Below, in pieces: positions 20,800 through 32,000 of a stretch of DNA of 32,000 nt. The position numbers and the translations under genes are program-made. Every line of letters begins with the position of its first letter. Position 1 is the stretch's first letter. Source of the DNA: Mycoplasmoides pneumoniae FH (GTDB lineage Bacteria; Bacillota_I; Bacilli_A; Mycoplasmatales; Mycoplasmoidaceae); NCBI RefSeq assembly GCF_001272835.1, contig NZ_CP010546.1, forward strand, positions 692,809 to 724,808, written 5' to 3'. The notes under the pieces are model-generated. The model had not been told where the DNA came from and did not search any database. It saw only the letters and a program-made list of their open reading frames with translations.

Positions 20800-22236
20800 T
20801 TAATTGAATTGTTTGTCTACCACATAACGGTACTGTTCATCAGTACTTTTAAGGATTTCACTGTACAAGTGAGTTTGCTGTTTTTTAGCAAACATCGCAT
20901 AGTAACGCTTAGTGTTGCTATCACCAAAGATGAGGTCATAGCTTTGTGAAACTACACTTATACCGTTGACATCCCTAGGAGTTCGTAATAACTGAGCATA
21001 GCCAACACTATCTGATTCAGTAGCAGCTGAATAAATACTGCTAATCTTTTTGTCTTGGTTAAACACTAAACTGCCACTCGATCCACCTGGCAAGTTAGTG
21101 TCGGTTAAGGTTAAACCGTAACCCTGTTGACGGTAATCGTAATCGTGGTAATTAATGTTAGCACCCAAAAAGGTACTAAAACGCACAATACCTTGATCCA
21201 TTGAGTCCTTATCGAGTAACTCATTGCTGTATTCGATGTGTGTCTTACTACCAGCGTTTGGATCGCCCTGCCTTAGGTTTTTGGTTAGTCTAGCCATATT
21301 ACTGTAAAAATAACCATAGCTAAAGCGCTCTGCCCCTTGTTTGCATTCCCACAGTTGTGTATGATCAGTAGGTACAACCGGATAGCCCAAGAGGTAATGG
21401 GTATCGTTTTGATATTCAGTTAATGGTTTGGTGGCAAACAAACCGGTACTATCACCTAATTGTTTATAAGCCTTGATCGCTGGATCGATGAAATGATCTT
21501 TAATTTGCTGATCCTGCTGGTTGTTTAAATCCAGTTCTAACTCTAATACGGCAAAGTCAGCGGCAGGGATTTTGTAATCAAAATAATCCCAGTAATATTT
21601 TTGGTCGTTAAATAAATAAGGAAAACTATAATACTCGCTTTCAATAAAACTTGTAGCTGTGTAAGCTGTTTTGGGTAGCTGTGAAGTTGCAATACTGACC
21701 ATGCTAGATTCACTAAAGGCATCTAGTGCCATCTGCTTAACTTCAATCGCATCGACAAACTTACCTAAAGCAAATGATTCGGTTGGTGCCTCTAGATCAA
21801 AATAACTGGGGCGGTATTTAAAAGGATCGTAATCATTAACGTTCCTTAAGCTGTTAGCCACATGTAAATTGGTCGCTAGGTAAGCGGTAAATTTGTCTTG
21901 GGAATTATGATCTTTTCAATCAATTAGTCAGCCCGTACCAAAAGCTAAACTTGCTTGGTCTTGAAACCTAAGCGTAAAACTTAAATCATAAAAGGGACGA
22001 AAAGGATCATCCGCTTTAGGAATAAAGTTAGTGTTGAACTTTAAGCCAGGGGTATATTTACCCGAAGCTGGATCTGGTTTTAATGCTTGCTTGTCTTTTG
22101 GTTGAACTGCACTAACAACTTTGTGATTGACAGAAGTAACCGGAGCACAAGCAGTAAAAGCAGTCTGTACCAGGATAATTGTTAAAAAGGAAATACCTTT
22201 TCACCTAAACTTGGAAAAGAGTGGAGTTATTTTCAG
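20800..22236 (-). CDS. Putative lipoprotein, DUF31-like, copy 13 (longer subfamily), about 478 aa; start codon uncertain (non-ATG)
   Basis: Single frame (20800 ORF extended through UGA): ...PLFSKFRWKGISFLTIILVQTAFTACAPVTSVNHKVV... GTGWLIDWKDHNSQDKFTAYLATNLHVANSL ... PGGSSGSLVFNQ. Only CTG/ATA/ATT-type starts found upstream of the signal peptide. Confidence 0.82.
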
Positions 22237-22313
22237 TTAGGACAAATTTCAAACAAATACTTAAAAATACACGAAATACCAATAAAACAGCGAAGCTAAT
22301 TTAACAGTGCCCA

Positions 22314-22319
22314 ATTATA
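22314..22319 (-). promoter_or_regulatory. Putative -10 box TATAAT upstream of array copy 13
   Basis: Minus strand ...ACTTATATAATTGGGCACTG..., shared core CTTATATAATYGRGCA with 20707 site. Confidence 0.45.
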
Positions 22320-22383
22320 TAAGTTTGGCATAAATGTACTTAGGTTAAGCTGGAAAATTAACCCTAGCCCTCATTAAGTTGGC

Positions 22384-23949
22384 TTAGCTTTTAAATGGTG
22401 TTTGACTTGTTACAGTTTGATCGTTTTCGACAAAGCGGAACTGTTCATCGTTACTTTGAAGAATTTGATGGTACAAGTGGGTTTTGTGCTCCTTAGCAAA
22501 TTGAGCATAGTATTTCTTGGTGTTGCTATCACCAAAGATTAAATCGTAGTTTTTGGACTTGTCTTTGTTTTGCGTAGCGCGGAGAATTTGCGATACACCG
22601 TAACTTTTACTTGGTAAAGCCGCAAAGTAAATACTGTTAATCTGTTTGTTTTGGTTAAATAACGGACTACCACTGGAACCACCCGGGAAGTCAGTGTCTT
22701 CTAACAATAAACCATAACCATGGTGTTGGTATTGCTTTTCGTGATAGTTAAAAACGTAATTGAAATACTTGCTAAAGTCCATTACGCCTTTAGGGTCATT
22801 TTGTGCAAAGGGTAAATAGTTAATTTGATTTTGTACCAAACGACTACCTGGAATTTCATCATCTTTCCGGATGTTACGCGTTATGCGCGAAACTTCCTTA
22901 TTACTATTTTCATAGAGTGGTGAACTATAACCCTTCTGTGGTAAGTTTCAGTAAGACGTCTTTTCACGTTTAAGTAACGGATAACCCAATAGATAATGGG
23001 TATCATCAACATACTGATCTAATTGCAGGTTGGAAAAGAGACCCAAACTGTTACCTAGCTTTTCGTAAGCAGTTACCGCTGGATTTATAAAACTGTCAAA
23101 GATTTGCTGGTCACGATTGTTGGCTAAATTTAACTCTAATTCCAACACCGCAAAGTCAGCGTAACTTACGGCATTTTGGAATAAGTCCAACTCATAAACT
23201 GTGTTACCCACTATGTGATTGTATTTGTACTGAGCAGTTTTGATAAAGTCAGTGGCAGTGTAAGCAGTTTTTGGTAACTTCGATGTTTGAATTGAAACTA
23301 ATGCATCACTATTCCGGTTATTGAGGTGCTTAAGATTTTGGTACTCTGGAGTTAACTTTTGCACAGTTTGGGCATCAATGTATTTACCCAAAGAAAATTC
23401 AGTGGTGATATCGCCAGGTAAAAACTCCTTCTGATTACCATCCTTGTTGTAAGGCTTGTAATCGTCTTTATTTCGTAAGCTATCAGCTACATGGAGGTTG
23501 GTAGCTAAGTAAGCAGTAAATTTGTTGTCCTGCTTAACATCCTTCCAGTCAATTAACCAACCTGTACCATAAGCTTCTTTTCAACTAGTACCAAACTTTA
23601 AGGCAAAGCTAAGATCATAGCCCGGCCGATACTTAGTATTTACTTTAGGAATAAAGTTAGTGTTGAACTTAAAACCAGGACTGTAAACACCCTTGGAGCT
23701 GTCAGGCTTAATTTGCACCTCGGCATTCTGCACAGGTGGTGTAGCAACAGCATCGGGCTCTATAACTGGTTCAGCCTCTGGTTTGGGGATAGTTTGGCTC
23801 AATGGTGGTTGAGGTTCAAAAATCACAAACTTATCACTTTCATTTTTGTGATTAGTGTTAGCTACTGTTAGCGTAGCAGAGCAAGCAGTTAGAAATGCTT
23901 GACTGGCGAACAGTGTGAGAAAACCAAAACCCTTGAGTTTAAACCCCAT
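22384..23949 (-). CDS. Putative lipoprotein, DUF31-like, copy 14 (longer subfamily), 521 aa, intact
   Basis: ORFs 22384, 22948, 23581 share one frame; MGFKLKGFGFLTLFASQAFLTACSATLTVAN; YADFAVLELELNL; PGGSSGSPLFNQNKQINSIYFAA. Confidence 0.9.
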
Positions 23950-24049
23950 AGTGTGCTTTAATTTTAAAAAAGAAAGTTTGAAAGGTGAACCCTTAATTAA
24001 AGGTGAACTTAGTGCAGTACTAAAGTCGCACTTCTTCTAAAGGTCTGTT

Positions 24050-24418
24050 TTACTTTTTCGTTTTAGCACAATCACAGTCCATTTTGAGCTGAGTGTTACT
24101 AAAACGATTGGCAAAATAATCAGCCACAAATTTAACCATTGCTACAAAACTCAAGATAGCAAAGGCAAAGCCAATTAGTAAAAACACTGCTCCTAAGAAG
24201 TACAAGAAACCGGTGGATACTGGAGCATAGTTAAAGCAAACATAAGCAAAAATAAAACTAAGAAAAGTAATAAAGCTAAAAACAATCACCCAGATTAAGG
24301 TGCGCTTGGTGTTGTGCGGCGTTGTTGGCAACATGTTGCAAATTTCCGCTTTTAACTTCTTAAAAGAACACTTTTTAAACCACTGCTTTTTAGTGGTAGT
24401 GCTTTCTTTTTTGTTCAT
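24050..24418 (-). CDS. Small membrane protein, 122 aa, hypothetical
   Basis: Uninterrupted ORF with hydrophobic segments [22 protein letters not shown] and [26 protein letters not shown]. Confidence 0.75.
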
Positions 24419-24643
24419 AGGTAATATTTAATGTCTTAGTTTCAATTTTAGTTGATGTTGTCAAACTTACCGCTAAAGCCTAAACACAAACTTACATAGC
24501 TTATTTAAATTTAAAGAAGGTTGTTGCTGTAGTTTTGAATAAAAATGCCAACCCGAATGATGGCCTTTTCATACTAAAAGAAGGAGCCTAAAAAAGAAGG
24601 ATAATTCTGCAAACTGCAAAAGAGTTATAAGAATATCTTTAAA

Positions 24644-24946
24644 CTAACTAGCAGAATTAGCCTTTGGTTTAAGCTTCTTAAAACTGACAAAGTAGAGAAA
24701 ACTCGCTACCATACACACAAAACCAAAGGCTGCTAACACAAAGGTTAAAACAGAAAGAAAAGTTTTGACCGCAAATGGAAAATGCACAATCTCAAAGGGT
24801 TTCAAGTCAACTCCATTAGCATTGACATTAACCTGATACCCGTTAAAAAGTACTAATACACCAAGCGCTAAAGCTGCTATAAACAACAGTAAACCAACTG
24901 TTAAAAAAATAATGCTGTTGCATTTATTCCTATTTTTCCCTCTCAT
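24644..24946 (-). CDS. Small membrane protein, hypothetical (internal ATG at 24946 preferred; track start 25012 overlaps rpiB deeply)
   Basis: MRGKNRNKCNSIIFLTVGLLLFIAALALGVLVLFNGYQV...FLSVLTFVLAAFGFVCMVASFLYFVSFKKLKPK. Confidence 0.65.
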   Translation of the reverse strand: MRGKNRNKCNSIIFLTVGLLLFIAALALGVLVLFNGYQVNVNANGVDLKPFEIVHFPFAVKTFLSVLTFVLAAFGFVCMVASFLYFVSFKKLKPKANSAS

Positions 24947-25388
24947 AAGCAATGATCTTACCGACACGTTTACTATGGCGCCCACCCTCAAACTGCGCCT
25001 GGAGAAATTCATCTACTATTTTAATGTTTTCTTCAGGAACCACAAAGCGGCTAGACAAACACAGCACATTGGCGTCATCATGTTGGCGTGCCAATGCTGC
25101 TGTTTTACTGTCTACCACTAAAGCAGCTAAGATACCCTTAGCCTTGTTAGCGGCCATACAAACACCCACACCAGTACCACAAATAAGGATGCCTAAACTA
25201 TTAGGATTAGCTTGCATTGTTTGCGCTAACAAAAAGGCATAGTCCGGGTAGTCATCAAGTGGATCTAGCTCTGTAGGACCTAAATCAATCACTTGCAACT
25301 TTTGTTGTTCTAAGTGTTTTATCACTAAGCTTTTGAGCTCTAAACCAGTGTGGTCAGAAGCAATGTAAATTGGATGGTTCATTTGCAT
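24930..25388 (-). CDS. rpiB: Ribose-5-phosphate isomerase B (RpiB/LacAB family), 152 aa
   Basis: IASDHTGLELK, DYPDYAFLLA, GILICGTGVGVCMAANKAKGILAALV, RQHDDANVLCLSSRFV. Confidence 0.92.
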   Translation of the reverse strand: MQMNHPIYIASDHTGLELKSLVIKHLEQQKLQVIDLGPTELDPLDDYPDYAFLLAQTMQANPNSLGILICGTGVGVCMAANKAKGILAALVVDSKTAALARQHDDANVLCLSSRFVVPEENIKIVDEFLQAQFEGGRHSKRVGKIIAYEREK

Positions 25389-27097
25389 TAGTTTAAATCA
25401 AGGTGGTGTTGTTTAGCAGATGATTTAATTTTACCCAACAAACTAATTAAACCACTCAAAGTTTCCGAATAATTCTGCTGTTGGTAAAACTGGGTCAACG
25501 TTTCCAAGCTTTCGTTAATTTGGGGGCTTTCTTGGCGGTACTTATTGGCAAAGATAAAGGTATGTTTACACATTGATCTCAGGTTCATTAAACCTACTAC
25601 ATCAACAATCACATGGGTTAGTTGGTTTTGGAAGAACCTCACCTTTTCGTTTAAATAGCTAAAAGCACCCTCATAGTCATTTTTCGCTTGGGTAAAAATA
25701 TCATCAAACTGGTGCTTAGCTTGACTAATAATCTTTAAAGTCTTTTCGGAAATAATTAACTCTTCATTCGCAATTAAGTTTTCAATTTGGAAAAACTTAA
25801 AACGAAAGTCATCTAAGGTATAGACAAAAAAGCGGTAATCATCAAACTTATTAGCTGACAGCGCAAACAGCTCGTTTAACAGATTTTTCAATCCATCCAA
25901 TAACTTCATCGCTTCACTCATTAAGCGAAACAACTTCTCATAATCAATGAATTCGGTCAGCGCATTTTCCTGGTTGAGTAGTTGGGTTTTTTGTGCAATT
26001 AACAGCGAGTGTTCGTTAATCTGGTTAATGATGTTAACGGTATCCAAGTTGTTTTGAAACATTAACTCAATTTCCTTCATTAAAGTCTGTAACAAGGCGT
26101 TTTGTTGTTGGTAGTGGTTAATTGACTTTAAGAAGCTATCCACATTAGATACCACTAAGCTAATCGCTTTTTCTTTAACACTAACAGCATTAGATAACAC
26201 ATCAATCTGTTCCTTAGCTTGGTTAATGCGATGTTCACACAACGCTAAGTTAATGTTGCCCAACGCTTGGCTACATTCCGCCAAAGTAGCACCAATATTA
26301 GTAATTAATTCCTGAAACTTAGCTACCTCTTGGGAGTTAATTGCTTTGTTTTTCATCGAGCGCAATTGCGTTACCTTTTGACTCAAAATTTGGAAGTGGT
26401 AGTTCAAATAGCCTACTTTGACATCAAAGAAGTATTGTCTTGATGCGGTAATAATGGTTTGTGCTAAGTTATTGTGGAGTTTATTCAACGCTTGGTTTTG
26501 CTGTTTCACATCCTTATTTTTGATGTGTAGTTCCACATCCTTAAACAATAAGGAAATGCGGTTAATAATGTTGAGGTAAAACAAGGAATCGTACTTATGC
26601 ACCAAAAAGTCATTAATAAAACTAACTAGTAAACAAAAGGCTTGTCGGTAGAATACTAGGGTATCATAACTACTGTCAAAGTACGCAATTGCGTTTTTAG
26701 TCAGCTTAACATAACGCTGTTGCTTGTCATGTAATCCTTGTAAGTTTTTGCGCAACAACTTAATATTACGGTTAAACCAAAAGCAGTTGTAAAGCGCTTT
26801 TGGTTCACTAAAAACTAACAGCTGTTCTAAAGCGGAATTGATTTCGCTGTTAAAGCTCTCTTGAAAACTTTTGAGCAATTTCACTGGTTGTTCCAGCGCT
26901 TTCTTTTCACTGCGCAACAGTTGAAACGGCACAATTACCGAGTTGAAATTACTGAGTTTTAACTTGTTGTACAGCGCCTTGGTCTGTTCCAAGTACTGCT
27001 GGTTTTTATGCACAATAATGAAAATCGTTAAATACCACAAGTAAAACAGAAAAGCTAAGACAGCTAACGATCCCAATAAAGCAGCAATGACAACCAT
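25388..27097 (-). CDS. Hypothetical 569-aa protein: one N-terminal TM then long Leu/Lys/Gln-rich, likely coiled-coil region (EzrA-like topology)
   Basis: MVVIAALLGSLAVLAFLFYLWYLTIFIIVHKNQQYLEQTKALYNKLK..., uninterrupted. Confidence 0.85.
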   Translation of the reverse strand: MVVIAALLGSLAVLAFLFYLWYLTIFIIVHKNQQYLEQTKALYNKLKLSNFNSVIVPFQLLRSEKKALEQPVKLLKSFQESFNSEINSALEQLLVFSEPKALYNCFWFNRNIKLLRKNLQGLHDKQQRYVKLTKNAIAYFDSSYDTLVFYRQAFCLLVSFINDFLVHKYDSLFYLNIINRISLLFKDVELHIKNKDVKQQNQALNKLHNNLAQTIITASRQYFFDVKVGYLNYHFQILSQKVTQLRSMKNKAINSQEVAKFQELITNIGATLAECSQALGNINLALCEHRINQAKEQIDVLSNAVSVKEKAISLVVSNVDSFLKSINHYQQQNALLQTLMKEIELMFQNNLDTVNIINQINEHSLLIAQKTQLLNQENALTEFIDYEKLFRLMSEAMKLLDGLKNLLNELFALSANKFDDYRFFVYTLDDFRFKFFQIENLIANEELIISEKTLKIISQAKHQFDDIFTQAKNDYEGAFSYLNEKVRFFQNQLTHVIVDVVGLMNLRSMCKHTFIFANKYRQESPQINESLETLTQFYQQQNYSETLSGLISLLGKIKSSAKQHHLDLN

Positions 27098-27498
27098 TAG
27101 CGTTGCTTATTGGAAAGCTTTAACAGTTCAAACATTAAGTTTTGTTCAATCTTAATGTTGAGCTTTAAGTCCTTCGAGTGGTTCATTTGCCGCTCTAACT
27201 CGGCCTTACGCTTCAAAGTCGCTTCCAGATCTATTTCATCCTCAAAGACAAAGTTCTCGGTAAAGATCTTGGCCTCAGTTTTCTTAATGAGCACTAACCC
27301 CGCTCCTATGATGGCATTGCGCCGCGTGTTATTGGCAAACAGAATTTTGCAAAAGTGCGATTGTACGGCCGCAATTAAGGGCGCACGGTTATAGTTCAAA
27401 CCCAAATAACCATTAGTGGTTTTGACTTGCGCACTAATAATGGCTTGATCGAGTTTAATACCACTGGGACTTAAGACTAAAAAGCGCAATGGTTGCAT
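27097..27498 (-). CDS. atpC: ATP synthase epsilon subunit, 133 aa
   Basis: MQPLRFLVLSPSGIKLDQAIISAQVKTTNGYLGLNYNRAPLIAAVQSH; gene order next to atpD. Confidence 0.93.
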   Translation of the reverse strand: MQPLRFLVLSPSGIKLDQAIISAQVKTTNGYLGLNYNRAPLIAAVQSHFCKILFANNTRRNAIIGAGLVLIKKTEAKIFTENFVFEDEIDLEATLKRKAELERQMNHSKDLKLNIKIEQNLMFELLKLSNKQR

Positions 27499-27500
27499 AG

Positions 27501-29766
<2,266 letters not shown>

Positions 29767-29767
<1 letters not shown>

Positions 29768-31323
29768 TATTCCAACTCCTCCATCGTTCCGTATTTAGTG
29801 ATGTCGTAATCTGGTAAAGCACTAACAAAGCGTTTTACTAGTGCCTTAAAAGCAGTGTTAGTTTGTGCTTCCAACGCTTCACTAAAGCTCTTTTGGGTCG
29901 CTATTTCCTTGTAAATCGGGTGTTCCTTGTCAAATTCCTCCATAATGCGTTGCTTAAATTTAGCAATGTAATCCAGTGGAATAAACTTAATGAAGGACTT
30001 GGCAATCGCAAACAAGAATAACGCTTCATGGGTTTGTGAGTAAGGTTTACCGTTGGGTTGTTTAATCATCTCCATTACCCGCTTACCGCGTTCCAAGATT
30101 TGCTTGGTATTTTCGTCCAAGTCACTACCAAACTGACTAAAGCTGTCTAATTCACTGTACTGCGCTAGCTCTAACTTTAAGCTCCCGGTTTGTTGTTTAA
30201 TTGCTTTAATTTGCGCTGCACTACCAACCCGCGACACCGATAACCCCACGTGGATGGCAGGGCGTTGACCGGAGTTAAACAGGTTTGACACCATGAACAG
30301 TTGACCATCGGTAATCGAAATGACGTTGGTCGGAATGTAAGCGGAAATGTCCCCAGCTTGCGTTTCAATAATAGGTAAAGCGGTAATCGAGCCACCACCA
30401 TGCTCCTCGTTTAAACGGCAAGCACGTTCCAGTAAACGCGAGTGCAAGTAGAACACATCCCCAGGAAAGGCTTCCCGTCCTGGTGGTCGGCGTAACAGTA
30501 AGGATAAGGTACGGTAAGCAATCGCGTGCTTGGACAAATCATCAAACACAATTAGAACATCCTTACCCTGTTTGAGCCAGTACTCAGCAATGGTAATGCC
30601 AGTAAAGGGCGTGAGGTAGATCATCGAAGCGGGATTACTGGCTGTAGCACACACCACCGTGGTGTACTTCATCGAATCAGTTACCTCTAACTGGTGGACA
30701 ATTTGCGCTACCGAGGAATTCTTTTGTCCCATCGCTACATAGACACAGTACACGTCCTTACCACGTTGGTTAATAATGGTGTCAATTGCAATTGAGGTCT
30801 TACCAGTTTGGCGGTCCCCCACAATTAACTCCCGTTGTCCCTTACCAATCGGAAACAACGCATCAATCGTCAAGATTCCAGTTTCCAGTGGTTGGTTAAC
30901 GGTTTTGCGGGTCATTACCCCAGGGGCAATCTTCTCCACTTGGTCAAACTCTTCAGCCTTAATCGGACCACGACCATCCACCGGTTCTCCCAGGGCATTG
31001 ACAATCCGGCCCAACATTACATCACCCACGGGAGTTTGCATCACGTTGTGGGTCCGTTTAGCCGTACTACCTTCACGGATTTTAGAGTAATCACCAAACA
31101 ACGCCACCCCAACCGTGTTTTGCTCTAGGTTAAGCGCAATCCCCTGCACGTTGTTTTCAAACTCAATTAACTCGTTTAAGAGTGCGTTTTCCAAACCACT
31201 GACCTTAGCAATGCCATCAGCGACACTAATAACCTTGCCAATTTCACTGTTAAAGATCTGTTTGGAATACTTCTTAATCTCATTTTTAATGAGTGCTACA
31301 TATTCATTTAATTTGTCTGCCAT
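29767..31323 (-). CDS. atpA: ATP synthase alpha subunit, 518 aa
   Basis: [15 protein letters not shown] (Walker A), [49 protein letters not shown]. Confidence 0.99.
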
Positions 31324-31325
31324 AA

Positions 31326-31862
31326 TTAATTCCCTTTAAACTGTTCCATTAAACGTGATAGTTGATCACGGATATTCTTTTCAAATAACTGGGCGCTCGA
31401 TTCAATTCGGATACCCGAAATCAAGCTCTTGTCAATTTCGGTTTTGTAAACAATCTTGGAATTGAGCTTCTTTTCCATTGCCGCTACGATTCGCTTGAGT
31501 TGGGGCGCACTCAGTTCAAAAGCGGTAATGATCCTAATGAACTGGACGTGTTTTTCATTCTCAACACAATCAAAGAAGTACTTTAAGGCTTGCTCGACTA
31601 GGTTAAAGTAGCCCTTGAGCACAATCGTTTTTAAAAAGTCAACAAAGAGGTCACAAAAGTGGTTTTTAAACAGCTTATCTATTAGCTTAAGCTTTTCCTT
31701 TTTGGTTAAAGTATAAGTATTGAGTAGAGCAGCTAGTGATCCATCTTTAAAGTTACGCGCTAGTTTTAAAAAGTCATGGCTCTGGTCATAGACCTTCTTA
31801 ACCTTCTTTTCCTCTTCACTAAGTTGGAAGAGTGCCATTCCAAAAGCCTGCGCGTTAATCAT
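31326..31862 (-). CDS. atpH: ATP synthase delta subunit, 178 aa
   Basis: Position between atpA and atpF; [21 protein letters not shown], ...[37 protein letters not shown]. Confidence 0.93.
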   Translation of the reverse strand: MINAQAFGMALFQLSEEEKKVKKVYDQSHDFLKLARNFKDGSLAALLNTYTLTKKEKLKLIDKLFKNHFCDLFVDFLKTIVLKGYFNLVEQALKYFFDCVENEKHVQFIRIITAFELSAPQLKRIVAAMEKKLNSKIVYKTEIDKSLISGIRIESSAQLFEKNIRDQLSRLMEQFKGN

Positions 31863-32000
31863 GGTCGTCCTCTGCTTCTAGTTCGCGGATAAACTCTTCA
31901 ATAAAGGCCTTGTCGGCTTTGACATCCACCTTTTTGATAATCAATTCCTTAGCAGCTAACATGGCTAGCTCGACACTTTCCTTTAAGGATTGTTCTTGGA
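31855..32000 (-). CDS. atpF: ATP synthase B subunit, C-terminal end only
   Basis: Open frame from window edge: [42 protein letters not shown], overlapping the atpH start. Confidence 0.85.
   Translation of the reverse strand, partial: QEQSLKESVELAMLAAKELIIKKVDVKADKAFIEEFIRELEAEDDHD

Larger units (their letters stand above)
2042..23949 (-). repeat. Tandem paralogous gene array, about 14 lipoprotein copies (two subfamilies), interrupted by one small membrane protein gene
   Basis: Same ordered blocks in each copy: signal/lipobox, YDLSF, GTGWLIDWK, YLATNLHV, PKTAxxAxDFV, YADFAVLE, ALGDSxxLF, HYYxLGYP, GxSGSLVxN..IxxIYFA, YDLIFGNxNTxxYYAQFAKxHxTHLY. Confidence 0.92.

Noticed and set aside
2042-23949. 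CRISPR-like or transposon explanation for the repeated structure
   Set aside because: Repeat units are whole coding genes of about 1.4-1.6 kb with no short direct repeats plus spacers, no transposase, no terminal inverted repeats seen.

Overview
This is a low-GC Mollicutes window that reads as Mycoplasma (Mycoplasmoides) pneumoniae or a very close relative. All supported genes are on the minus strand and use UGA as Trp, so the supplied ORF track (which stops at UGA) breaks most genes into pieces. From low to high coordinate: the end of a small membrane protein; glyA; an array of about 14 tandem paralogous surface lipoproteins (MG067/MG068/MG395 or DUF31-like family, trypsin-like) at roughly 2.0-23.95 kb, with a small membrane protein inserted; two small membrane proteins; rpiB; a long coiled-coil-like protein with an N-terminal TM; and the ATP synthase genes atpC, atpD, atpG, atpA, atpH and the 3' end of atpF. 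The most interesting content is the array. Each copy carries trypsin-like blocks (ATNLHV, DFAVLE, GxSGS). By my hand reading 7 copies are intact and 7 are interrupted. Several interruptions fall exactly at homopolymer runs (G8 in the copy ending 8743, A8 in the copy ending 7188, A6 in the copy ending 10184, plus C6/C7 runs in older-looking pseudogenes). This fits either slippage-driven on/off or C-terminal switching, or progressive decay. Two copies have lost the presumed catalytic His. Identical nucleotide blocks between neighbours suggest recent gene conversion. The protein family is known. The slippage, pseudoenzyme and gene-conversion interpretation is inference. All frames were traced by hand and should be confirmed computationally with genetic code 4.
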